Both the position numbers and the translations under genes were made by a program. A DNA stretch of 64,000 nt from a virus. Lineage: Duplodnaviria > Caudoviricetes. Numbering within the stretch: position 1 is the first letter of the stretch; each line of letters opens with the position of its first letter. Below the pieces are notes generated by a model. The model saw only the letters and a list, made by a program, of their open reading frames with translations, was not told the DNA's origin and did no database searches. The DNA lies in IMG/VR virus record IMGVR_UViG_3300020450_000008; one strand, 5' to 3'. Shown here one piece after another: positions 34,491 to 44,300 of this stretch.

Positions 34491-36508
34491 CCGAGGTAAA
34501 TAACGATCTCGAAGATCGTATAAAGAAACAAGGCGAGGCTAATGTTTTAGGAGAAGGTAAGGGTCAAGATGCTTTTTCTGATCCTAGTGGATTATATCCA
34601 AAAACAGATTATCATGGTCAACCATCTTTAAATAAAGTTGCAAGAGGAGAAGGTGTTAACGAACTCGATGCAAGAAATGGTATACCTAATGTCAATACAA
34701 GTGCTAGTCAAAGAGTAACTACACAATATCCTATGGCTTCAACAAATGAGTCTGTATCTGGCCATATTATTGAAATAAATGATACTCCAGGTGGAGAAAG
34801 AATATTAATAAAACATAACACAGGTGCTGGCGTTGATATAAGACCAGACGGTACTATTGTGGTAAATGCCAAAAGTAATAGAGTTGAAATAGTTGATGGT
34901 GATATGCGAATGGCAGTTGAAGGTGATGGCAACATTTCATATTATGGAAACTTAAACATGAATGTATCTGGAGATTACAATCTAACTGTAGGCGGCGATT
35001 ATAACGTAAATGTTAATGGAAACTTTATTTTAAACGTAATACAATCCTTTAAAACTAAGGTTGTAGGAATAATGTCTGAGGTGGTGCAAAAATCGAAAGA
35101 CGTAAGGATATTAGGTCAAGCAACATATACACAATTAGGAAATGTACATAATATAATAAAAGGTAAGATGCAACAGCTAGTTCAAGGCAAGGCCGATTTT
35201 AATTATGGGGATGCTATGTTAACATCAGCTGAAAAAGAAATCAGCATGACCACACCAAAAATGAACTTGGGCGCTACAAACATGTCAGTTGTTGGAGCAT
35301 CAGGAACTTTTGGTGGAGAAAATATTATTTCATATGCTAAAAATATGTATTTAGGAAATACTTTGCACGCTAAAACAACGACAACTAATGCTTCATATGC
35401 AACTACATTTCATGGTTCTTTAAATGGAACAGCAAAAGATGCAGTTAAATCCTCTGTTTCTGGTGGTATTGGCGTAGTTCAAATTCCACCTGTCAATATT
35501 GATAATACGCAAAATGATGATACAGATACTCATAAAGCAACTGCGGGAGATATGTCAAATCTTTTAAACAAAACAGAGATGGGTGTCAAAGATGTTGAGA
35601 TAGATTCAAAAGATGAGATTAAAAACTTTTATGATAAGACTGTAACTAGTGGTGGAATTACCGATAGAAGTTTAAATACAAGAGAAATAAGATCAAAGTT
35701 AAAAGATACCAATAATAAAACTAATATTGAATTTATTGCAGACAGAATGGGCAGTGGATTGCTATCAGGTAGTTCAACAAATGCTGTTCCAGGAAAGATT
35801 GGAAGGGTTAGAGGAAAACAAACAACAGCAAGAATAGGACAAGATATTATCGGATCTGAAGGTATATCACTGCTTAAAAATAAGTATAAACCTTCTGATG
35901 CATCTGCAAAACCACGATCATATACTTTTCCAGTTGAAGCGCAATTTAATCCTGAAAATCAGTCTTTCATAACTGTTAACACACCATTAGCAAAAGGAGT
36001 TACGATATCAAAATTTACTGGTGGTGTAGGATCAAAAGTAAATTTAAACCATATAACAAATGCTGATGATAGAAAACAACTTGCCAGAAACTTATATGTT
36101 CAAGCTCAGGTAATAAAAAGTTTTTATTCAATAGGAGCATTAAAAAAATACAATATAGTGGTTGCAGAAGGAATATATGTAAAAGGTCCTGGAGAAACTA
36201 CTAGTGCTTTTAATAAGTTAGCTGAAACAGGACAGGCTGTAGCTTATGAAGTATATTCAACAGATGGAACTATTGCTTTAGATAAACTTTTTGATTTTGC
36301 TGAAATATTAAAAGATACTTTTAATTATGATAAGTTAGAATTAAGTTATGACACTTATGATCCAAGCGGTAGTTTACATGGACAATTATTAGTTGAGATT
36401 CCAAAAATGCCGTCTTCATTTAATGCATCATTTTCTATGAATATTGGTACATCATTTAATGGTGATGTCCAAAGTAATTCTGATTTGATGGAAATATTAG
36501 AAGAGTGA
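34487..36508 (+). CDS. gp5 C-terminal needle-like protein with degenerate peptidase M15-like tail
   Basis: ESVSGHIIEINDTPGGERI...H..G, then beta-helix repeats (V-x-GD/N-x-x-x-x-V); C-terminal VAEGIY/TGQAV/YDKLELSY. Confidence 0.7.
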   Translation: MTEVNNDLEDRIKKQGEANVLGEGKGQDAFSDPSGLYPKTDYHGQPSLNKVARGEGVNELDARNGIPNVNTSASQRVTTQYPMASTNESVSGHIIEINDTPGGERILIKHNTGAGVDIRPDGTIVVNAKSNRVEIVDGDMRMAVEGDGNISYYGNLNMNVSGDYNLTVGGDYNVNVNGNFILNVIQSFKTKVVGIMSEVVQKSKDVRILGQATYTQLGNVHNIIKGKMQQLVQGKADFNYGDAMLTSAEKEISMTTPKMNLGATNMSVVGASGTFGGENIISYAKNMYLGNTLHAKTTTTNASYATTFHGSLNGTAKDAVKSSVSGGIGVVQIPPVNIDNTQNDDTDTHKATAGDMSNLLNKTEMGVKDVEIDSKDEIKNFYDKTVTSGGITDRSLNTREIRSKLKDTNNKTNIEFIADRMGSGLLSGSSTNAVPGKIGRVRGKQTTARIGQDIIGSEGISLLKNKYKPSDASAKPRSYTFPVEAQFNPENQSFITVNTPLAKGVTISKFTGGVGSKVNLNHITNADDRKQLARNLYVQAQVIKSFYSIGALKKYNIVVAEGIYVKGPGETTSAFNKLAETGQAVAYEVYSTDGTIALDKLFDFAEILKDTFNYDKLELSYDTYDPSGSLHGQLLVEIPKMPSSFNASFSMNIGTSFNGDVQSNSDLMEILEE

Positions 36509-36516
36509 TATAAATA
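36509..36516 (+). promoter_or_regulatory. Late promoter TATAAATA
   Basis: Exact consensus before gp25. Confidence 0.75.
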
Positions 36517-36533
36517 GACCAAAGGATATTTAA

Positions 36534-36992
36534 ATGGTAACAAGCGCAGTTTCTAAAGAAGATGGTAATCAAAGTTCATCTATTATTGGTTCATCAATAA
36601 GGAAGAACTCTGATATTGATTTGCTGTTCACTCCAAAAAGAAGCACTGTATCTGGAGAAACAGGAGATATTTTTAAAAAAATAGACGCTGCAGCTGTAAA
36701 ACAGTCTGTAAAAAATATTATAATGACAAATCACTTTGAAAAACCGTTTAGTCCTCTGTTTGGCGGAAATGTTTCCGCGCAGCTCTTTGAACTTGCTGAC
36801 AATGATCTGGCAGAAGATCTTAAAGATGATATTGAGGAAGCTATTAATAATTATGAACCTAGAGCAAAAGTTCAAAAAGTTGAGGTTAATTATCAGCCTA
36901 ATCTAAATTCTGTTTCTGTAAGAATAGAATTTCAAGTTGTTAATTTAAATCAAACAGAAGTTATAGAAACAACAATAGCAAGGTTAAGATAA
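36534..36992 (+). CDS. gp25: Baseplate wedge subunit
   Basis: SDIDLLF, AVKQSVKNII.T...EKPF.P.FG, I.NYEPRA. Confidence 0.92.
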   Translation: MVTSAVSKEDGNQSSSIIGSSIRKNSDIDLLFTPKRSTVSGETGDIFKKIDAAAVKQSVKNIIMTNHFEKPFSPLFGGNVSAQLFELADNDLAEDLKDDIEEAINNYEPRAKVQKVEVNYQPNLNSVSVRIEFQVVNLNQTEVIETTIARLR

Positions 36993-38836
36993 TGGCAACA
37001 AATATTTCATCAACAGCTTTAGATTTTATTAATATAAAAGAAAAGCTTAAAACTTATTTAGCAGCAAAAAGTGAATTTGCTGATTATGATTTTGAGGGAT
37101 CTGGTTTGTCGAATATTTTAGATGTTTTAGCGTATAATACACATTTTAATGGTATAGTTGCAAACATGGCTTTAAATGAAGCTTTTATACATACAGCTCA
37201 ATTAAGATCTTCTCTAGTTTCTCATGCTGAATCATTAGGTTTCAATATAAGATCTAAAACTTCAGCTCAAGCAAAATTTACAGCAACTTTAAATTTAAAC
37301 GGAGTTGCCGGTAGAGCTGCTTCGTATACTTTGCCAATAAATTCAGTCATAAGTGGATTTAATGAAGAAGGAACTTTTTCTTTTTTGACTCAAGAAGTTT
37401 ATACCGCGACAGATGATGGTGCTGGATTATATACGTTCAAAGATGCTGATGGAGTTGCTACAGTTACAGCTTTTGAAGGAAGCACTCAAACCAAAACATT
37501 TTTTGTAGGACAAAAAACTGATAGGCAAATATTTGTTATATCAGATGAGAATATTGATACTACAACTGCAGTAGTAAAAGTATTTCCAGATACTACATCA
37601 ACAGCTTTTGTAGAATTTACACCTTTAGAAAAAGCAATAAAAGTAGATTCTAATTCTACTTATTACACTTTAAGAGAAACACCTAATGGTGGATATGAAT
37701 TAAACTTTGGAGATGGAGTTACATTTGGAAAGGCTCCAGAAGCAGGAAGTAAGATAGTGGTAACTTACTTAAGATCAAATGGCCCTTTAGCAAATGATTG
37801 TAAACAATTCACAACTTCAATCGTATATCAAATCAATGCTGCTAATTATTCACTTAATATTGTTCCTACAACAACATCTGTAGGTGGCGGAGAAAAACAA
37901 TCCATAGAATCAATAAGACAATTAGCACCTTCGGCTTTTGCAACACAACAAAGACTTGTTACTTCTGAAGATTATAGAGCTACAATTGCTGCTAATTTTC
38001 CAACAGTATCAGACGTTTCAGTCTGGGGAGGTGAAGATAATATTCCAGTTGATTACGGAAAAGCATATATAAGTCTGACATTCAATGATGGATTAACTGA
38101 AGCATCAAAGACAATAATAAGAAATCAAATTAAAGAAAATTTTTCTGACAATCTTTCAGTTATGTCAATAACTCCTGAGTTTGTTGATCCAGCTGTGTGC
38201 AGAATAGAGATGATTGTATCATTTGCCTTTAATCCAGATTTGACAGGTTCGACAAGTACTGCATTGGAAGACAGAGCCCGTCAAGGTGTAAGAGATTATT
38301 TTACAACAATTAGTGGCTTTGGCAAAACATTTAGAAGATCAAACGTTCTTACTGATATAGACGAGTTAAGTGCTGCAGTGCTAAATTCCTCAATGATAAT
38401 AAAGTTACAGATGAGACTAGAACCCGTGTTAAATGCTGCAGGAAGTTATTCAATAGTTTATCCTGTTAAATTAGCTATACCAGATGATGTTAATCATATA
38501 GTTGAATCATCACTTTTTGAACATAGTGAAGCTGATGGAATTTGTAAAATTGTGAATCAATTAGGAACTAATGTTTTACAAATCGTAAATGTTTCAGATA
38601 ATAATGCAGTTGTAGTTGGTAATATAGGATCATACAGTAGTTCTTCAGGCGAAATAAAATTAGATAATTTTACGCCTACCACTATTCTTAGTGGAGATAA
38701 TTTTATTAAATTTTCTGCAACACCCGCAGATCAAACAACAGTCAAGGCTTTGAGAAACTTTACTTTTGAAATAGATGAAGATAAGTTTACAGTCGGAGCT
38801 ATAATAGATAGGGAAGATGTAAGAGTAACGCTATAA
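36992..38836 (+). CDS. gp6: Baseplate wedge subunit
   Basis: LDFINIK, DYDFEGSGLSNILDVLAYNTH, FGDG..G, QRLVT.EDY, WGGEDN.P..YGK. Confidence 0.93.
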   Translation: MATNISSTALDFINIKEKLKTYLAAKSEFADYDFEGSGLSNILDVLAYNTHFNGIVANMALNEAFIHTAQLRSSLVSHAESLGFNIRSKTSAQAKFTATLNLNGVAGRAASYTLPINSVISGFNEEGTFSFLTQEVYTATDDGAGLYTFKDADGVATVTAFEGSTQTKTFFVGQKTDRQIFVISDENIDTTTAVVKVFPDTTSTAFVEFTPLEKAIKVDSNSTYYTLRETPNGGYELNFGDGVTFGKAPEAGSKIVVTYLRSNGPLANDCKQFTTSIVYQINAANYSLNIVPTTTSVGGGEKQSIESIRQLAPSAFATQQRLVTSEDYRATIAANFPTVSDVSVWGGEDNIPVDYGKAYISLTFNDGLTEASKTIIRNQIKENFSDNLSVMSITPEFVDPAVCRIEMIVSFAFNPDLTGSTSTALEDRARQGVRDYFTTISGFGKTFRRSNVLTDIDELSAAVLNSSMIIKLQMRLEPVLNAAGSYSIVYPVKLAIPDDVNHIVESSLFEHSEADGICKIVNQLGTNVLQIVNVSDNNAVVVGNIGSYSSSSGEIKLDNFTPTTILSGDNFIKFSATPADQTTVKALRNFTFEIDEDKFTVGAIIDREDVRVTL

Positions 38837-39918
38837 TGGCTCAACAAACTTTAACAGATTATGATCGCTTAGAAATAAGCTTTAAAAGGAATCTTGTAAG
38901 AGAAGTTCTTCCTGAATATTTTGCAGGTGAATATCCTAATATAATAACTTTTTTAGAAGGTTATTATGATTTCTTAGACAGTGCAGATAACTTTGGTGAT
39001 ATGATAAATGATTTATACACCATAAGAGATATTGAAGCTTCCTCACTTTTACATTTAGATAATATGTTTAAAGAATATGCTTTAGGAATGTCTCAAGATT
39101 TCTTTAAAAAACCTAGAGAAATATTAAGAAACTTTGCAAGATTCTTTAGAGTAAAAGGATCCAAGTATTCAGCTGAAGGTTTCTTTAGAGGATTTTTTGG
39201 TGAAGATATTGAAGTATCATATCCTAAAACAGATATATTTACTTTAAATGATTCTTCGCATGAGATAGGATCTCATAGTGTTAGTGTATTACAAGATGGA
39301 GAAGCATTTCAAATTTTATCAATTATGATAAAATCACCCTTGTCATTTAATAGATGGGGTGAGTTATATAAAAAGTTTGTACATCCAGTAGGATTCTTTT
39401 TATCGAATGAAGTATTGATAACAGCACAGAATGTAAGTACATTTAGTGCTCTTGGCGCGATATTTGATTCAACTAAAGGTGCTGATCTTCCATTACTTGT
39501 ATTTGATGAAATAACTGGTGTAATTGCCAATCCTTTTGCTGATACAACTATTATGGAGTTAATGGGTGCAACATCATACATACTGGACGGTGCAGGACGT
39601 GAAGTTAATTTTCCAACTACCAATGGAACATATACTGCACTTAGAACTCCAGCCTTTGGTTTAAATGATTCAACGATAAGTTATACTTCACATGATCCAG
39701 GAAGTAATACCGTATTTAATGTAAGATTGGATCCAGATGAGACGATAAGAAAATATAAAGACTTTTCAGTGGATAGTTTAGATACAACGTATGCATCTTT
39801 ATTTGAAATAGGAAAGGCAAGTAGTCCAAAATTTGATAGAGATTCTATTGATGGTGCTACAATTAGAATGTCAAATACAATTGAAAGATTTGACGAAGCT
39901 ACCTATGATTCTCACTGA
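38836..39918 (+). CDS. Baseplate wedge protein (short gp7-like)
   Basis: LPEYF..EYP....FLE.YY, FFRVKG...FFR.FFGE, YKKFVHPVGF; between gp6 and gp8. Confidence 0.6.
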   Translation: MAQQTLTDYDRLEISFKRNLVREVLPEYFAGEYPNIITFLEGYYDFLDSADNFGDMINDLYTIRDIEASSLLHLDNMFKEYALGMSQDFFKKPREILRNFARFFRVKGSKYSAEGFFRGFFGEDIEVSYPKTDIFTLNDSSHEIGSHSVSVLQDGEAFQILSIMIKSPLSFNRWGELYKKFVHPVGFFLSNEVLITAQNVSTFSALGAIFDSTKGADLPLLVFDEITGVIANPFADTTIMELMGATSYILDGAGREVNFPTTNGTYTALRTPAFGLNDSTISYTSHDPGSNTVFNVRLDPDETIRKYKDFSVDSLDTTYASLFEIGKASSPKFDRDSIDGATIRMSNTIERFDEATYDSH

Positions 39919-39925
39919 AAAAAGA

Positions 39926-39933
39926 TATAAATA
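39926..39933 (+). promoter_or_regulatory. Late promoter TATAAATA
   Basis: Exact consensus before gp8. Confidence 0.75.
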
Positions 39934-39958
39934 AACAAAAAAGAAATGGGAAAACGAT

Positions 39959-41302
39959 ATGGCCGCTATATTAACTGACAGATTAAAATTAAAAATAGTC
40001 GATGATATAGTTAAGATATTTGAGGATACTACAAATCCTGCTTACATCGGGTTTGCAAGATCTGAGCAATGGGATAGTACTGATACTGCACCTGCACCTC
40101 TTGCAAGCTTAAATGATGAAAGAAATTTTAATTATAGTCTACAATCAATAAAAAGAATTTCAGCCGTATCGACTGTTGTACCTCGAGTCAATTGGACTAA
40201 TGGAACAATATATCATCAATGGGACGATAAAACAGTAGGATATGGTACTAATTCATTCTATGTATTAACTGAAAATTTTAGTGTGTATATATGTTTAAGA
40301 TCTGGAAGGAATGCTGCAGGTCAATTAGTTCCTTCTACAGTTCAACCTACAGGATCTAATAACGATCCTTTTGTAACAGCCGATGGATATGTTTGGAAAT
40401 TTTTGTATACAATCAGTGAGATTGAAGCAAGAAGGTTTATGACTGCTGGATTCATGCCAACTAAAGTTGTAACTTCTACAGATTCAAACGCTACAGGAAT
40501 AGAATTAAAACAAGAAGAAATACAAAATACTGCTGATCCCAGAAGAATAACATCAGTAGTAGTAGAAAATGGTGGTACTGGCTACACATCAGCTCCTAAT
40601 ATTTTTATAAGAGGTGATGGTGACAGTAACTTTTCTTTAACTGCAACTATCAATGGTGGAGTAGTTACTAAAATAGAATTTGATGCTGATTCATCTACGT
40701 TAAAATACGCGGCTGGTTATACAAAAGCTACGGTTGACATAATTGGCGGCGGTGGATCCGGAGCAAAAGCTCGTGCAATTATAGGACCTGCTGAAGGATT
40801 TGGTAAGAATTCTAAATTAGATCTTAAAACTAGCGCATTAGTACTTCACTCTAAAGTTGAAGGAGCTGATAGTGATTTTATTTTAGGCAATGATTTCAGA
40901 CAAATTGGTATTTTGAGTCATGCTAAAAAGATTGGAAGTGATTCTACTTTTACTGCTCTTACTGGTTTAGTTTTAAATCACATGACCTTATCGGCGACAA
41001 GTCAAGTATTTTCAGCTGATAAGAAAATAGTAGGTGCGACTTCAGGTGCTAAAGCCTTTATAGATAAAGTAGATTCCAATTTAATTTTCTTTCATCAAAC
41101 TTCAGAAACTGGATTTAATTCTTTTTCAGCTGGTGAAACACTTACAGAAAGCAATGGAACAGGTAATGGTGTTATTGGTACTCCACTTATCAAAGGTGAA
41201 GTAGAACCACATTCGCATCAGTTGCTATATCTAAATAATAGAGGCGCGATTGAAAGATCTGCAACTCAGTCTGAAGACATAAAAATTATTATACAATTAT
41301 AA
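39959..41302 (+). CDS. gp8: Baseplate wedge subunit
   Basis: VPRVNWTNGT.Y, FYV......VYICL, DGYVWKFLY, NDFRQIG, RSATQSEDIKIIIQL. Confidence 0.9.
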   Translation: MAAILTDRLKLKIVDDIVKIFEDTTNPAYIGFARSEQWDSTDTAPAPLASLNDERNFNYSLQSIKRISAVSTVVPRVNWTNGTIYHQWDDKTVGYGTNSFYVLTENFSVYICLRSGRNAAGQLVPSTVQPTGSNNDPFVTADGYVWKFLYTISEIEARRFMTAGFMPTKVVTSTDSNATGIELKQEEIQNTADPRRITSVVVENGGTGYTSAPNIFIRGDGDSNFSLTATINGGVVTKIEFDADSSTLKYAAGYTKATVDIIGGGGSGAKARAIIGPAEGFGKNSKLDLKTSALVLHSKVEGADSDFILGNDFRQIGILSHAKKIGSDSTFTALTGLVLNHMTLSATSQVFSADKKIVGATSGAKAFIDKVDSNLIFFHQTSETGFNSFSAGETLTESNGTGNGVIGTPLIKGEVEPHSHQLLYLNNRGAIERSATQSEDIKIIIQL

Positions 41303-41312
41303 AGGTTAGTTC

Positions 41313-44300
41313 ATGCCTATTACATTTACAGAAAACATTTTTAACTCGCGCTACAAAGATGATTATGCGGATAGTGACGGATTTCATAAAATACTATTCA
41401 ATCCAAGAAGAGCGTTGCAGGCAAGAGAACTTACGCAACTTCAAACAATAATACAAAAAGAGGTTGAAAGATTTGGTCGTAACCTTTTTAAAGATGGTGC
41501 CGCTGTAAATTCTGGTGGACTTATAATAAATGATAATTATGAGTTTGTAAAAATAACAGACGCTAATTTTCCAGCAAATATTATTGGTGAAACGTTTACT
41601 GGACAAACATCAAATGTTCAAATAAGAGTTTTAGAAACCGTTGCAAGTTCAGGTTCTGATCCTAACACATTATATGTTAGATATACCAATAGTTCTTCAG
41701 GAACATCTGGTACAACCCCGATAAGATTAACACCAGGTGAGCAAATTGATGCTGATAATTTAAGTGTGAATATGACAGTTCAAACTGTTAACACTGCAGC
41801 AAATCCGGCGGTAGGAGCTGGAGTTAGAGTAAGTACTGGATCTGGAGATTTTTTTGTACAAGGAATTTTTGTAAATGCTCCTGCTCAATCAATAATTATT
41901 TCAAAATATAGCAGAGATAAAAGCATAGTAATAGGATTTAAAGTTGTACAAGATATTGTAACTGTAGATGATGATGTATCATTGTTTGATAATCAAGGTT
42001 CGGTTCCAAATCAAACCTCACCCGGAGCTGATAGACACAGAATTAGATTAATACTTACAACTAAAGATGATATAACTGCAACCGATACATTTGTATCTAT
42101 TGGAAAGATAGAAAATTCAAAAATTATAGATGTTGCAATAGGACAAAATCAGTATGGAAAAATAAATGATATAATTGCTCAAAGAACAAAAGAAGAATCT
42201 GGTAATTATATTTTAAGACCATTTACTGTTTCTTATGATTCAGCATCCTCATCAAACCTTAAGTTAACAATAAGTGAAGGGACGGCTTATGTTAATGGTT
42301 ATAGAGTTAATAATCCAACACCTACATTCATTGACGTACCAAGATCAACAAGCACAACAACATTTAACAATGAACCTATATCTTCAGAATATGGTAACTT
42401 TGTAATTGCAACTGAAATAAAAGGTGCAGCTGATATTACACAATTTTCTACTCAAACAATTGCGACAGATGCAAGTAATTTATCTGGAACGGCAATTGGA
42501 TCATGTAGAATTAGATCTGTAGAAGCTTTAAGCGATGGAACATTTAAAATTTATCTGTTCGATATACAGATGACTGGTAATAATAAATTTAGAACAGCAA
42601 GAGTTATAGGAACTTCAGCCACTAACGTCTCAACATTAAAACTTGGATTAGTCAATAACACCCTTGTTGCTGAACTTTTTGAAGCTGATAAAGAAGGATT
42701 ATTCTTTTCACTTCCAAGAACAAGACCTTCAGGTATTGCCGATATATCTTTTGTTGCACAAAGAAAATTTTCTGGAACAACAGATGGCTCAGGAAACTTA
42801 GGTATCTCTGTTACAGCACCGGGTGAAACGTTTGTTAATACAAGTGATTGGTTAGTATATAGAAACGATACTGGTGCTAAAATTACGCCATCATCAATAA
42901 CTGGTAATGCTACTACATCCTCCACAATAGCTACAGGTGTTAATTCTACGGCGGTATCGGTTTTAGTTTATGTTCAAAAAGCTCAAGCCGCACCTAAGAC
43001 TAAAGCTTTAGCAAATCATACGAAGACTGGAGCTTTAGCCGCTGATAGTGATGGATTAGGAAATGGAATTACTGCTTTAACTCTTGATGCAACAGATATT
43101 GTAGGCATAACATCTATTAAAGCTGATAGCGCAGGCGGTATAGATGTTTCACACATGTTTGATCTAGACAATGGTCAGAGAGATGGTTACTATGGACAAG
43201 GAAGAGTAATACTCAAAAGCAATTTTACGAGTCCAGGAACTGTTGTTGCGACTGTACAGCATTTTACTCATACAACAACTGGTGATTTCTTTTCAGCAAA
43301 TTCTTACAGCACTATTCCATATAAAACAATTCCATCATTTACTTCAAAGACAGGTAAGACTTTTAATTTAAGAGATGTTTTAGATTTTAGATCAGTCAAA
43401 GATGTAAGTGGTGCATTTACTGGATCAGGCGCAAGAGTTATAGAACTTCCAAAGAATACAGATGTAATAACAGCTGATAATTCGTATTATATGCCAAGAA
43501 ATGATAAAATAGTAATATCTGAAACTGGTGATCTTAAAGTAATACAAGGTGCATCAGCAATAGTTCCAAAATTTCCAGATACTCCAGCAAACACTATGGA
43601 ACTTTACAGAGTTAAAATGGGAGCTAACACTTTAGATGCGACTGATGTTGCATATGATCAAGTTAGCAAACAAGGCTATACGATGAAGGATATTGGAAAG
43701 ATTGAAAAAAGAGTTGAAAAATTAGAAGAACTTCATAGCTTAAGTTTATTAGAAATAGATACAAATAAATTATCAATTGTTGATTCTGCTGGAAATGAAA
43801 GAATAAAAGCCGGATTTGTTGTAGATAATTTTATTGATCATTTTCATTCTGATATTTCCAATACAGAATATAGAGCTTCAGTAGATCCAAAAGATCACAC
43901 ATTACATCCTGGCTTTTTTGAAAACAATATTGGTTTAGTATTTGATTCAACTGACGTTGATACATCAGGCGTTACAAGAAAAGGTGATAATCTATATGTC
44001 TCTTTTACAGATTCATCATACATTTCTCAAGATCAAGCATCAATAACTTTAGATGTAAATTCATTTGATACATTTCAATTTAATGGTAATATAACACTTT
44101 CTCCATCTTCTGATGAATGGAAGGAAGAAGGTGTTGGCACTAAGGCAATATCAGGTGGTACAAAGCTTTCAAATGATCAAAATGAATTATGGAATAGTTG
44201 GGAATGGAATTGGATAGGAACCGATGCTAATGGACTTGATGTAACAGAAGATGGTACTTCAGAAATAGATACAAGATCATTTAGCGAAAGAACAGGAGCT

